Assembly (NCBI RefSeq): GCF_964355755.1
Contig: NC_092677.1
Coordinates: forward strand, 5,416,101-5,480,100
Length of the DNA: 64,000 nt
Direction: 5' to 3'
From: Antedon mediterranea
Lineage: Eukaryota > Animalia > Echinodermata
Positions 49,340-63,009 of the stretch are shown in pieces. The position numbers were made by a program, and so were the translations under genes. Position 1 is the first letter of the stretch. Every line of letters begins with the position of its first letter. A model generated the notes under the pieces. The model had not been told where the DNA came from and searched no databases. It worked only from the letters and a program-made list of their open reading frames with translations.

Positions 49340-51392
49340 GAGTGTTGACAAAGTGCGAGGCAGCGAGGCAAGCGAGGCATGCCAAATATTTATGCGAGGC
49401 ATCATTTTATCATTTCCAAAAGTGCGAGGCATGCGAGGCATATAGTTTACAATTTCAAAAAGGTGCGAGGCATATCTTAACGTGCTATTATGCTATATTA
49501 TAGGCCTAATAATCAATCGATACAAGCGTATCTAAATAGATTCGTGTATACACTCATCTTGTTGTTTATTTTTATGTAACGATTGTTTTTTCATTCAAGT
49601 CATATCGTGTCAAATTTTACTTTTACAAAAGTGCCCAAACTACGGTTAAAAAATCTGAACGACAGTCTTCAACTTTCGATAAACAATAATTGTTATAGCG
49701 ACACACTCATCAAATGACTGCAATGTTTGTTGGCATTTCGAGCGTGTTCACTCACATGTCTCTCGAACATAGCAGAGTGAAAATAATATTTTGTCACACC
49801 CCTGCGCCTAGATCCGGTAGACCCGAGAGATGGAAAATCCCTCTTTACTATTTAGCAGGTAGCGGAATGATTCAGCCCTCAGCTCAGAGGATTGTGGTGC
49901 ATTCCCCTCCTATAGCACGTGGTTTCAGCATGCAGCAACGCACAGACTTCTCTCTGAGCGGCGTGCCAAAGACATTTTTGACATTCCATTCTCTAGGAAC
50001 AACACGTGTACCTCTCTCGCAAATAAGGTGAACAGCGATTGCCAGGACAAGTTCAATAACTGGCGGTGAATAAAAGGTAACTGATATGCCGATCCAATAA
50101 CATGCCGCAAAGAAAAAAATTGCGACAGAATTCTGGAGCGCGTGTGAAAAAAGACTTACGTCCGACAATTATTGTAATACTAGGCCTAAAATTAAACTTT
50201 AGCTAATATGCTTAGCCCTAACCTAGATAAGAGGCCTATGTAGAAAATAATTTAATCAATTTTGATAAAATAATAATTGGTGTAATATTTAATAATGATA
50301 CACTATTCCTGTTTTAGTAAGCTAGGTATATTACGAACGATTTTTATTTATTGTTGTCCATGTACGTACTAATAAACCTGGCGCTAGTTTCCTTCGCTTG
50401 TATTTTTACTCCAAATTTGATAACTAACTTTATCGTGTGAATACCACACCTATACCTCATGAGTACTTTAATGAAAGAATCACATAAAAAGTAACAAATA
50501 AATCCTTAAATTAATGATTTTACAGGCATGTTTCTCGCACACTGTTCGCGAATTTCACTTATTCAATGTTCAATATTTTTGTTTCTATGGAGCGCCAAAA
50601 GAGCAACGATAATAGAGGACTAAGACTCAGTAGAATGCGTCAATTTCTCATGCATTTATTGGTGAAAAACACGTTTTATTTCAATATATTTGTTAATTTG
50701 TCAATAAAAATGTTGTAATATGTTACTGCTGATACTGTTCTGTTTTCAAAGAATAATAATCGATCCTAAATCAACATCACTACCTAGTCTAGACCTAGGA
50801 CATCCTACTAAGGATATTATGATGAATTTTTCTATTTTATTCTTTAAAAGGTTAACGAAACCGTGTACATTATCAACAGTAACATTTTTCCTTACTGACA
50901 GTGACAAAATCTATTGAAATTGTACTTGATTTTCACCAAATAATGCGTCGTTAAATATAAATGGTTTCCACAGAGTTTTTAGCCCTCTAATTAATTTTGC
51001 TCTTTTGGCGTTCCATAGAAACCAAAATATTGAACATTGAGTGTGCGAAATGCGAGAAAAACAACGTCTGTAAAATCACCAATTTAATGGATTTATTGTT
51101 ACTTTTATGTGATTTTTCTTCATTAAAGTAGGCCTACTAATTCTAAGCTGTGGTATTCAGGATAAAGCCTTGGTTAAAATACAAGGCAGGTGCAAAAGGA
51201 AACTAGCCTAGCGGGCCTAGGCCTAGGCTACTTCAATTTCGGTGATTTCCTGCCTTGCAATTTTGAGAAATGATAAAATGATGCCTCGCATTTTTTGATG
51301 ATGGTAAAACGATGCCTCGCATAAATTTCTGACTTGCCTCGCATGCCTTCCCTGCCTCGCGTGCCTCGCTGCCTCGCACTTTGTTACTACCC
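49340..51392. mobile_element. Non-autonomous Mutator-like element, ~2.05 kb, copy 1
   Basis: 9-bp TSD gcagtcggc. TIR g(a/g)gt..t.acaaagtgcgaggcagcgaggca with repeated gcgaggca motifs. Carries an internal MITE at ~50380-51210. Confidence 0.9.
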
Positions 51393-51628
51393 GCAGTCGG
51401 CGGGGGTAGAATCACAATTGTGAAAAGGCTACACATAACATACTTAGCTAACTAACAAATAATAAAGTATTAAAATGATTTTATTATAAAAACAGAAATA
51501 AGGAAGATTTAAAGACTGTTTTACGATCGGTATTTAAACACTAACAAATATAACGTAGGCCTAGGCCGCGCCTATGACGGAGCCGATGCTAGCTAATTGA
51601 TAGGCTACAGAGCCTCCCGAGCCCGCTC

Positions 51629-52435
51629 GCGATTTTTTTTTCCGTACATAAGTTGGGGACCCCCTCATGAAACGTCACAAAATAAACATGAATAATTCAT
51701 CAGTTAAATTTTCTTGCTCCGTGTGCACCCAAGCGTATAGCAACAAGAACAACTGCGATACGATTCTAGGCGATTCTCCACTGTGTTTTTGCGGCGTGCG
51801 ATTTCATAAAAGAATTGCGGCGTTTTGTGTGGATTGTCGAAATAATCTGTCTTTAGTTTTTGGGTTTTTTTAAAATAGAATTTATTACAAAGAATTACGT
51901 GTTAAAATTATAGTTTCTATTAATACTATTAGGCCTAATTATTAGTCTCTAAAGCTCGTGTCTATTCTAGTAGTCTGTGTGGGTGTGTGTGTTAGGTACT
52001 CCGAGTAATAAGTCAGCAAAATTAAACAATTACATTACACAAAATTTATTCTCGTGTTCATCCTTTGAGTACATGCATATTGTTTGATAATAAAATAACA
52101 GAATTAAAAAATTACAGTACACAAAATTATACACATTCTTATTCTCGTGTGTCTAAACTTTCTTTGGGCTATGACCAATACTACTTAGTTGAATGTGTCT
52201 TGCCTAGCTGTCGATGTCTCGACACATTTTGCATAGTGGTAGTGTGTGTGTGAAGAGTGCGCCAAGGCAATCACGTGAATGCTAGGCCTAGGAAGAATCG
52301 TATCGCAGTTGTAATATCACTTGTTGCTATACGCTTGGGTGCACACGGAACAACAAATTTAACTGATGAATTATTCATGTGTATTTTGTGACGTTTCATG
52401 AGGGGTCCCCAACTTATGTACGAAAAAAAAATCGC
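51629..52435. mobile_element. Mutator-type MITE with ~110-bp TIRs, copy 1
   Basis: 9-bp TSD agcccgctc. TIR gcgattttttttt(c/t)cgtacataagttggggacccc... Confidence 0.9.
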
Positions 52436-53177
52436 AGCCCGCTCCTTCCGAGTAGCCTATTTAAACATACCATGTTCAATTTCCTTCTCTTTCCTCCCTT
52501 CCTTCTGCCTCAACATCGTCTTCTTCTTCCTCATCGTCATTTTCAAATTCCCCAACCTTTCTCAAAGGCTCATATTGGTATGGCTGAATTTCTAACGGAA
52601 AAGTTTCTTCTTCGGAATCGGAATACATTTTGCGAAGATTGGCTTTTTCATGTACTCATCCAGCGTGATCGTTTTCAGGGAAGATAGCGAAACCCGATAT
52701 GACGTCACGACTGTAAAGTTAATGAGTTGGCTCTAAACGCTCTAAATCGTATTTTCAAACGTCGATTTTAGCGGTAAAAATTGCATAAAAAATTTCAAAA
52801 AACCTAATATATATTTTATTATACCTAAACAATCATCACAAATACTCAAATAGGTGTTGACATTTCTGCTTTAACTAATAATGGCAATAGACTAACTCAA
52901 CCAGATACACATACATTCAAATTGCACATCCTTTATTATAACTGTTTTAAATAAAATTGTAAATATAATTTAATAAATCAGAAAAAGAGAAATGTTAAAA
53001 TAAAACAATACAAATATTACGATTACTATTTTCTAATGTATCTTTTGTTTCATTACAGAATTCAATGTATACAGTACATACAGTACTGCTATTTGTATTT
53101 ACATATTATCATATATGACGAAATATAATCTCTTGCTTGAGTATTTGGTTTGGTATATCATTTTATTAAGGGCTTTG

Positions 53178-53420
53178 TACCTAACCCTGTAAATAACCTC
53201 AACTATGAACTGAACCTAACCCTCTAAATAATCTCATCTATCAACTAAACCGAACTCTCTAAATAACCTCAGCTATGAACTGAACCTAACCCTCTAAATA
53301 ACCTCAACTATGAACTGAACCTAATCCTCTAAATAATGTCAACTATCAACAAAAACCTAACACTCTAAAAAGTGTCCACTACTGTATCAACTAAATCTAA
53401 CCCTCTAAATAATCTCAACG
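53178..53420. repeat. Degenerate ~35-36-bp tandem repeat
   Basis: Repeated aacctaaccctctaaataa(c/t)ctcaactat(g/c)aact units, about 7 copies. Confidence 0.8.
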
Positions 53421-53459
53421 TTCATTATAAAAATGGGCTGTGAAACAGCAGTACTATGA

Positions 53460-56400
53460 GAATTTACTTTGAAGTGTGGCTTTTGCCGAGTGATGCATTT
53501 TGTAAAACACAAAATGAAAGGTTGTGCGGGGCTGCCGATCGCTTCTTCCTTGGAAGGTCATGCATGCTATTTGGTGTGTTGGTTTTGCGTTTAACAGCAT
53601 AGCCATGCTCGGTGGTGAATGCAGCCTTTGATGATCTTCCAACAGTCAAACGCCTCCTCCCACCCAGTGGCATCTTACGCCTAGCAACAGATGTGGGCTG
53701 CACTCCAATTTTGCTAGATGTTTGAAGTCCCCTTGCCTTGACCTTACACCTCGATGCTAATGATGCCCCACTGTACTTACCAAAAGTATGCAGAGCACTG
53801 ACAAGGTGACTGTCGGATTGAATTAAATGTACACTCTAACTGTTCTTCAACCTGTGGCACACGCTTGCTTGGTTGGCTAAATTGATTAATCAGTGTTGCC
53901 TGTGATCTTAACGATTGGATGCGGAGAATCTGGGGGTCTTGTAATTGTCCCATATGGTGTGCGCCTGCTAAAAGAATAAAAGTAAGATAAAGTTTTTTGT
54001 TTTCGTCCACTAAGCAGCCCGGACAAATTGGAATGCTTCAAGCATTTTTACTTGTTTCTATAGACCCTGAAGATCAATCAAACATCCTGTTCCCAAACTG
54101 TATACAATTTTGAAAAGAGCAATGTAGAACTTTGAAAAGCATAGACAGAATGTTACCTGTAACAGGACTGCAAATCAGGGCAATGGGCTCTGTCTGCAGA
54201 GACTCAATTGTGTACTCAACATCTGTACAGCCTTCTTGAAGATCATATTTGATGGTATCCAGAGCAGATGATGGTGAATGGCCTGATCTGTAGAGCTCAA
54301 GAAGCTTCTCCGTTGCACCATCACTTACATCCCTTTCTCGAAGGGCATCAGCACTTGCCACCTCATGGTTGTGATGGGTAGTAACAAAGTGCGAGGCAGC
54401 GAGGCACGCGAGGCAGGGAAGGCATGCGAGGCAAGTCAGAAATTTATGCGAGGCATCGTTTTACCATCATCAAAAAATGCGAGGCATCATTTTATCATTT
54501 CTCAAAATTGCAAGGCAGGAAATCACCGAAATTGAAGTAGCCTAGGCCTAGCTAGGCCCGCTAGGCTAGTTTCCTTTTGCACCTGCCTTGTATTTTAACC
54601 AACTTTATCCTGAATACCACAGCTTAGAATCAGTAGGCCTACTTTAATGAAGAAAAATCACATAAAAGTAACAATAAATCCATTAAATTGGTGATTTTAA
54701 GACGTTGTTTTTCTCGCATTTCGCACACTCAATGTTCAATATTTTGGTTTCTATGGAACGCCAAAAGAGCAAAATTAATTAGAGGGCTAAAAACTCTGTG
54801 GAATCCATTTATATTTAACGCATTATTTGGTGAAAATCAAGTACAATTTCAATAGATTTTGTCACTGTCAGTAAGGAAAAATGTTACTGTTGATAATGTA
54901 CACGGTTTCGTTAACCTTTTAAAGAATAAAATAGAAAAATTCATCATAATATCCTTAGTAGAATGTCCTAGGTCTAGACTAGGTAGTGATGTTGATTTAG
55001 GATCGATTATTATTCTTTGAAAACAGAACAGTATCAGCAGTAACATATTACAGCATTTTTATTGACAAATTAATAAATATATTGAAATAAAACGTGTTTT
55101 TCACCAATAAATGTGTGAGAAATTGACGCATTCCACTGAGTTTTAGTCCTCTATTATCGTTGCTCTTTTGGCGCTCCATAGAAACAAAAATATTGAACAT
55201 TGAATAAGTGAAATTCGCGAACAGTGTGCGAGAAACACGCCTGTAAAATCATTAATTTAAGGATTTATTTGTTACTTTTTACGTGATTCTTTCATTAAAG
55301 TACTCATGAGGTATACTTCTAAGGTGTGGTATTCACACGATAAAGTTAGTTATCAAATTTGGAGTAAAAATACAAGCGAAGGAAACTAGCGCCAGGTTTA
55401 TTAGTACGTACATGGACAACAATAAATAAAAATCGTTCGTAATATACCTAGCTTACTAAAACAGGAATATATTACACCAATTATTATTATATCAAAATTG
55501 ATTAAATTATTTTCTACATAGGCCTCTTATCTAAATTAGGGCTAAGCATATTAGCTAAAGTTTAATTTTAGGCCTAGTATTACAATTGTCGGACGCAAGT
55601 CTTTTTTCACACGCGCTCCAGAATTCTGTCGCAATTTTTTTCTTTGCGGCATGTTATTGGATCGCCATATCAGTTACCTTTTATTCACCGCCAGTTATTG
55701 AACTTGTCCTGGCAATCGCTGTTCACCTTATTTGCGAGAGAGGTACACGTGTTGTGCCTAGAGAATGGAATGTCAAAAATGTCTTTGGCACGCCGCTCAG
55801 AGAGAAGTCTGTGCGTTGCTGCTGAAACCACGTGCTATAGGAGGGGAATGCACCACAATCCTCTGAGCTGAGGGCTGAATCATTCCGCTACCTGCTAAAT
55901 AGTAAAGAGGGATTTTCCATCTCTCGGGTCTACCGGATCTAGGCGCAGGGGTGTGACAAAATATTATTTTCACTCTGCTATGTTCGAGAGACATGTGAGT
56001 GAACACGCTCGAAATGCCAACAAACATTGCAGTCATTTGATGAGTGTGTCGCTATAACAATTATTGTTTATCGAAAGTTGAAGACTGTCGTTCAGATTTT
56101 TGAACCGTAGTTTGGGCACTTTTGTAAAAGTAAAATTTGACACGATATGACTTGAATGAAAAAACAATCGTTACATAAAAATAAACAACATGATGAGTGT
56201 ATACACGAATCTATTTAGATACGCTTGTATCGATTGATTATTAGGCCTATAATATATCATAATAGCACGTTAAGATATGCCTCGCACCTTTTTGAAATTG
56301 TAAACTATATGCCTCGCATGCCTCGCACTTTTGGAAATGATAAAATGATGCCTCGCACAAATATTTGGCATGCCGCGCTTGCCTCGCGTGCCTCGCTGCC

Positions 56401-56490
56401 TCGCACTTTGTCAACACTCGGTTGTGATCCCACTTCAAGGTTATGATTGTTGGATAACCTTGCCCTATGTGTTTATCTTTAGACCTGAAC
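53460..56490 (-). pseudogene. Mutator-like transposase gene remnant, internally deleted and interrupted by an insertion
   Basis: Removing 54376-56419 and one TSD restores YPTIITLKWDHNHEVASADALRERDVS...LYRSGHSPSSAL. C-terminal part VQPTSVARRK...APHNLS. Confidence 0.65.
54376..56419. mobile_element. Non-autonomous Mutator-like element, copy 2 (inverted relative to copy 1)
   Basis: 9-bp TSD ggttgtgat. Near-identical reverse complement of 49340-51392. Confidence 0.92.
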
Positions 56491-57257
56491 AGTTAAAACA
56501 AAAATTTAAGCTGTAACTGATGCATTGGCTTTAATGAATCATCAGAGACAGACAGTACAGGAACTTGGGAAAACAATTTAAACAAAAGTAAACTGTGTGT
56601 GTTGATATTAAGACAAACATAAATCCTTAAATCCATAAATCATTTGAATTGGTACAACATATTTCAACTCAAAGAAATGAAGTGGTTAAACTGGTGGTTA
56701 ACGCTTCGCTTTTTTGCATTAAATCATAAAACTTCCTCATGATCTGTGTGAAAATACCTTCTTAACCGTGACGAGTTGTAAACAATCCTAATTTAGCATA
56801 TGCATAATGCGTACTCATGGTTTGAAATCTTTGTTTACTTTCGCTCGTGACGATTTTCCAGATGAAATGTAATCAAGCTAATTTACCTGTTAATTACGTA
56901 AACTTGTTGTTTTTGGCTCAAATTTTCGACTTAAAGTGAATAACTTTAATATTACTTTGATATGGCCACTTTAAATTTAGAATATTTTGACCTTCATTTT
57001 TTTGTGTTTCAAGGGACAATACATCTTTAAGTATTATTGGTTATTAAAAGAAGACAAGACAAGTGACGTGCAGGCGTGATAAAAACAACCACCTATCATA
57101 AAACGTATGATACAGTATTTAATAGTGGACGCATTTCAATCCATGGGTCAGACATTATTAAACGGGCCGGACAGCATTAAATGGTTGAAAAACGCCCACG
57201 AACCCGTTGAAACATGCAACTGGACACTATCCAATGCTGAAAAGTGTCCACCCGGAC

Positions 57258-58184
57258 GCGATTTTTTTTTTCGTACATAAGTTGGGGACCCCCTCATGAA
57301 ACGTCACAAAATAAACATGAATAATTCATCAGTTAAATTTTCTTGTTCCGTGTGCACCCAAGCGTATACCAACAAGAAGTGATTACACAAGTGCGGTACG
57401 ATTCTAGGCCTATCTCCGCTGTTGTTGCGGCGTGCGATTTCATAGAAGAATAATCAGCCTTTAGTTTATGGTGTTTTTAATATAATTTTTTACTAAAGAA
57501 TTACGTGTTAAAACTATAGTTTCTATTAATACTATTTAGGCCTAATTATTAGTCTCTAAACCCATGTCTATTCTAGTAGTAGCTGTGTGGGTGTGTGTGA
57601 CGTGTGTGTGTTAGGTATGACCAAAGATAGTTGCACTATAGTGTAACTATCTTTGGTATGACACAATCCGAGTAATAAGTCAGCAAAATTAAACAATAAA
57701 CATTACACAAAAATACATTTTTATTCTCGTGGGTCAAATCTTCCCATCTCATGTGTTCATATACGCGCATTTTTAAAGTTCCTTTGAGTACATGCATATT
57801 GTTTGATAATAAAATAGCAGAATTAAAAAAATACAGTACACAAATTATACACATTCTTTATTCTTGTGGGTCTAAGCTTTTTTGGGCTATGTCCAATGAA
57901 TTACTACTTAGTTTAATGTCTTGCCGTACTTGCCTAGCTGTCGATTAGCCTCGACTCGACACATTTTGTGTGAAGAAGAGTGCGCGAAGGCAATCACGTG
58001 AATTGACTTATAATCGATCCTAGGCCTACTCTGCCTGTAGAAAGTATCGCAGTTGTGTAATCACTTCTTGTTGCTATACGCTTGGGTGCACACGGAACAA
58101 CAAATTTAACTGATGAATTATTCATGTTTATTTTGTGACGTTTCATGAAGGGGTCCCCAACTTATGTACGAAAAAAAAAATCGC
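57258..58184. mobile_element. Mutator-type MITE, copy 2
   Basis: 9-bp TSD cacccggac. Same TIRs as 51629-52435. Confidence 0.9.
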
Positions 58185-58228
58185 CACCCGGACACTTTTG
58201 AATGCTGGACACAATTCAATCTTACACC

Positions 58229-61200
58229 GGCGCTAGTTCCGTTTCGCACCTGTCGTTTATTTCGACTCAAAATTGGTTAAGAAACTTTATCGTGAGTACC
58301 ACACCTTAGAATTAGGCCTCAAAAATACTTTTACGAAGGAGATCACACAAAAAATAAAAAATAAATCCTTTAAATTGATGAATTTTTTTTTTTTTTCTCG
58401 CACATCGGTTTGTGAATTTCGCATACTCCATGTTCAATGTTGTTGTTTCTATGGAGCGCCAAAAGAGCAATCATAATAGAGGGCTAAAAACTCAGTAAAT
58501 TGCGTATATTTAATGCATTTATTGGTGAAAATTACGTTCAATTTTATCATACTTTGTCAATGTCAATGCAACAAAAATATTACTGTTGATACTGTACATG
58601 CTTTTTGCAGGAACTTTTATTTTAGGAATGAAAATCGACAAATTCATCATCATATTACATGTACTGCTGTAGGGGTATTACCTGATCTAAATAATATTCC
58701 TCTTAGTCTATAGCCTAGTCTTACTCTTAGTTAGGCCTAGGGTTGGTTGCTATTTGAAAACAGCAAATTATTAGCAGTAAAATGTTACTACAGCATTTTT
58801 ATTGACAAAATATATTAAAATTAAACGTGTATGTATTTCAATAATAAATAAAGAATAAATTAGTCCAGTCAAAAATCACCCTCACCATGGTATAAGAACG
58901 TACCCTAATAAAATTTCATCCGTAGGTTCTATGTATATAGGTAATAACATTTCTTGATGTTGCGTCTTGCAAAACTTGGGATTTTACGAGAAAATTTGAC
59001 TTTTATACCCAATTTATAACTACCTCATGTCGTATTATTGTGTACAGCGAATGCGACGAAGCGTGACTGAAATTACGAGACGCCGTTTGCGCCCGTTGAA
59101 AAATGCATTAACAAAGCTAAAAACCTACAAAATTAATAGTTTATACAATAATTTAAATATAGTTTACAATAAATTGTATAATAAAATACATAACATATAA
59201 AGAAAACTCAAGTATAATCTCAAATATTTACAGATATGTGTTTAAAAATGTACAAATCAAAATGGCCTTCCATAAAATAAAGTGCGCCCTCACTCTTCAT
59301 ACTTTTATCGGACTTGTATGGATGGTTATTCAAGGCATTAATAATACGAAACCCGATGCGGTTTGTTAGTTATTGCCTCTGCAAGAGGCAGAATATTATA
59401 TTTTCACAAATATATTTCTAGTTTTTATCATGGAAAAAAAGAATTGTATATATTTAAACACATTACAACCTCCAGTCTACCATCATGATGGATTAAGTGA
59501 AGCGCCGTATATGCTATCATGCGTAATGATCTTCTAGTTATCTGGTTATATCTGGTTATATTCTGGACATTCTTTTTTTCACAGCATTAGGCCTACTTGC
59601 GTGGATATCACAATGCATTTGTTTATTCGCGATTATAGTCAATATTAATTTGAGTAAGAATAATTTTTAAATGACAGTCCATTTCGCGTATACGATATAA
59701 TAAAGATTTAAATTAATAAAGTACTCTGAAATATTTTCTCATTGGTTATCCGCAACAAAGAATCCTTGTGATTGTTAGTTTTGTTTAATTTTCTTTGAAT
59801 TGTTTATTGGCATCCATATCGTATGATGTGTGAGACAATTTCGTGTTTTAGAAAATGTAATCCTGCCACCGAAGATTCTTTCTGTTCGAAGACTTCTGAC
59901 GGATAACTGTGTTATTCTTTTACATTTAATTAATTAATAATGTTCATCTTCACTTTTGGGAAAAATATCCTACATCTTTTAGGTTTAAAACGTCATTTAT
60001 AAGCACTTGAATAAGCCAACAAATTAAACTACTGTGTTCTCCCAAACTTTTTAAATTTTATTTAAATGCATTAAAATGTGTCGGACTCGGCGGATAACAA
60101 TACTTGAAATAAAATTAATGCATATAAAACTTTTGTTCTGGACTTTACTTTTTTGTCCCAAGTGAGAACTTTCAGGCCGTGGAGGTGAACCGATCGTTTA
60201 TGACATGCTTTTGTGTATAAAATTTCCAATAATAATTGTAGGACTACTCTCAACCAAAACACTTTATATTAGAATGTATTTAATATACGTCACGTCTTAA
60301 AAAATTGGGAGAATTGGGTAATACAGTATGTCGTTTCTCGCGAATCTTACATCACACTCCAACATTCTCACTTTCTTTTATTTAGTGAAATGTGAACGGT
60401 GGAAAAACGGGAAAATACTTTAAATTTAGAATGCTTTGAATTCTGGAAGACGACTTCGAACTTAAAGAATCGTCATGAATGCCGTTTATTGGCTCAAACT
60501 TCACACATCGGTACGATGTGAAGGCCAGACGGATTCAGAGAGGATCAAACCGGCTCCTCCTCCCCATTGGCAGTGGGGGAATCGGCGGGTGAAAGGGAAA
60601 AATGATAAATGTTGATTCAGACGAATGCCAACCAGCCCCTTTGATACGCTCTTAATAATTGTTGGAAAGTGAAAGTAGGGCTACTTGAGGTAGGGCCTAG
60701 TATCTTTCGTATAGGCCTACACGAAATGGATTATCCTTAAATGATTGGTTCTTACTCTAATTAAGATCATAATCGCGAATGATAGTTCAAAATATGTAAT
60801 GCATTGTGATATCCACGCAAGTAATGCTGTGAAAAAAAAAGAATGTCTAAAAATAAAACCAGCAAAACTAGTAGATCATTACGCTTCAGCAGATATACAA
60901 ATACAGTATACACTTAATCCATCATGGTGGTATACTGGAGGTTGTAATGTGTTTAATATTATATACAATTCTTTTTTTCCATGATAAAAATTAGAAATAT
61001 ATTTGTGAAAATATAATATTCTGCCTCTTGCAGAGGCAATAACTAACAAACCGCATCGTGTTTCATATAATATTAATGCCTTGTATAACCATCCATACAA
61101 GTCCGATAAAAGTATGACGAGTGAGGGCGCACTTTATTTTATGGAAGGCCATTTTGATTTGTACATTTTTAAACACATATCTGTAAATATTTGAGATTAT

Positions 61201-62168
61201 ACTTGGGTTTTCTTTATATGTTATGTATTTTATTATACAATTTATTGTAAACTATATTTAAATTATTGTATAAACTATTAATTTTGTAGGTTTTTAGCTT
61301 TGTTAATGCATTTTTCAACGGGCGCTAACGGCGTCTCGTAATTTTAGTCACGCTTCGTCGAATTCGCTGTACACAATAATACGACATGAGGCGGTTATAA
61401 ATTGGGTATAAAAGTCTAATTTTCTCGTAAAATCCCAAGTTTTGCAAGACGCAACATCAAGAAATGTTATTACCTATATACATAGAACCTACGGATGAAA
61501 TTTTATTAGGGTACGTTCTTATACCATGGTGAGGGTGATTTTTGACTGGACTAAATGCATTAAAAGAAGACGCATTCCACTGAGTTTTTAACCATCTATT
61601 GTTGTTGCTGTTGTGATTTTAGGCTAGCACTGAAATGGCCTACTAAAGCAAGCAAATACACTCACCTTATTCAGTCCCGCAGTACCTAAACCACTACAGA
61701 GACTCAATGTCCAGTACCACTCTAGGGTAAATACTGTTTATAGTACAGGGTACTCTTATGCATCAAGCATGTTTCCTACATGGGGTCCAGACATCAAGTG
61801 AGCTAACTAGCCTATCCTGGTGGGGTCAACCATGCATTTCAACCAGCTGATTTACATGCAAATGAGCAAACTGGACAGGGTATTCAAGCGTGAGACCCCT
61901 TTCACAACATTGCTCTTTTGGCGCTCCATAGAAACGAAAATATTGAACTTCGAGTATGCTAAATTCGCGAACGGTATGCCAGCAGAATCATGTCTGTAAA
62001 ATCATCAATTTAAGGATTTATTTGTTACTTTTTATGTGATTCTTCTTCATAAAAGTACTTATGAGGCCCAATTGTAAGGTGTTGTATTCACAATAAGTTG
62101 CTTAACAATTTGGAGTCAAAAGGAAGTCGAAATAAAAACAGGTGCGAAACGGAACTAGGCCTAGCGCC
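58229..62168. mobile_element. MITE (ggcgctagtt... family) expanded by nested insertions
   Basis: ggcgctagttccgtttcgcacctg ... caggtgcgaaacggaactag. Same family as ~50380-51210. Confidence 0.7.
58861..61553. mobile_element. Foldback element with >600-bp TIRs, Academ-like ends
   Basis: tagtccagtcaaaaatcaccctcaccatgg... is mirrored at 61553. Arms ~58861-59500 and ~60907-61553. Apparent 3-bp TSD aat. No coding remnant recognised. Confidence 0.8.
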
Positions 62169-62355
62169 ACTTAGCCTAGCTAGGGCCTAGTAGTAGGCTA
62201 GGCTAGGCCTAGCCAGGGAGGCTAGGGTAGGGCTACTAGCCTAGTACTAGCTACTACTACTAGCTAGGGCCTATCGCCCCATTCTACTTTAGATTAGGGC
62301 CTGGATAATATAGCGCCGTGGTTAGTATTCCGGCACCGGAACTCAACTGCCCACC

Positions 62356-63009
62356 GTTAGGGAATCCGACACGCTATTGCGCATGCCCAGAGCTCTGGGA
62401 AGTGAATTATAGCTTGCACTATTATAGTGCCACACACAAGCACCAAGAGTCGGAGTGTTATCGGGATTTACTGTAGCCTAGTTAGTCGCTGCGCGAGCGA
62501 GAGAGCGCTGGATGAATTAATAATTAAAATACGACTACGCCACGCGTTAAAATAATTATTATGATATTAATATTGTATCAGTATCTATCTAAGAATCGTA
62601 ATGCTGTAATTAGCGTTGCGACCCCGACTTCCCGAACAGTTTTTTCACATCCACGCGGTGGCTGCCGTCAACAAATCAACTTGTGATTGCATGTTATGTA
62701 CAGTATAATGCGTTATATGAAATCTTTTATTTTGTACTTGAAAAATCATAAAACTAGTCATGTAATTATATAATTCATAATTATATGAAGTTTATAAATA
62801 TGAATGAAAAAAATAAATAGGCCCACTGGTCACGTCTAACTGGTAGGCCTAGCCTAGTATTTACTATTAGTGGATCCCGTATTAGTAGGCATCCAGGCTA
62901 GTATAGTTCGCTGTGGCGCAGCTATGAAATGACCCATCGCTGTTGATAAGTATAGAGTCGCCAATTACCTCGCTCTGGGCATGCGCAATAGCGTGTCGGA
63001 TTCCCTAAC
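62356..63009. mobile_element. MITE with ~38-bp TIRs
   Basis: gttagggaatccgacacgctattgcgcatgcccagagc versus its reverse complement at 62972-63009. Confidence 0.75.

Larger units (their letters stand above)
48735..52628 (-). pseudogene. KolX-like gene (P2X7 cytoplasmic ballast-like Zn domain), 2 exons, disrupted
   Basis: Exon 52628-52471: MYSDSEEETFPLEIQPYQYEP...GN*TW. Exon 48952-48735: CKCSHC...ESVCCYE...CITQH...NCLDRDVLE. The phase-2 junction restores W-C-K-C. Confidence 0.75.
44192..52870 (+). mobile_element. Kolobok DNA transposon (defective) hosting nested insertions
   Basis: TTAA TSD plus perfect 13-bp TIR agcagaaatgtca/tgacatttctgct. THAP N-terminus and transposase C-terminus on +, KolX-like gene on -. 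Confidence 0.85.

Noticed and set aside
49714-50168. ORFs repeated at 55586-56036 that look like a conserved gene pair
   Set aside because: They lie within two copies of a non-autonomous element, differ by a frameshifting indel, and show no recognisable domain.
53178-53420. ~36-bp periodic repeats resembling a CRISPR array or telomere
   Set aside because: No unique spacers, eukaryotic context, no cas genes, and not (TTAGGG)n. It is a degenerate minisatellite.
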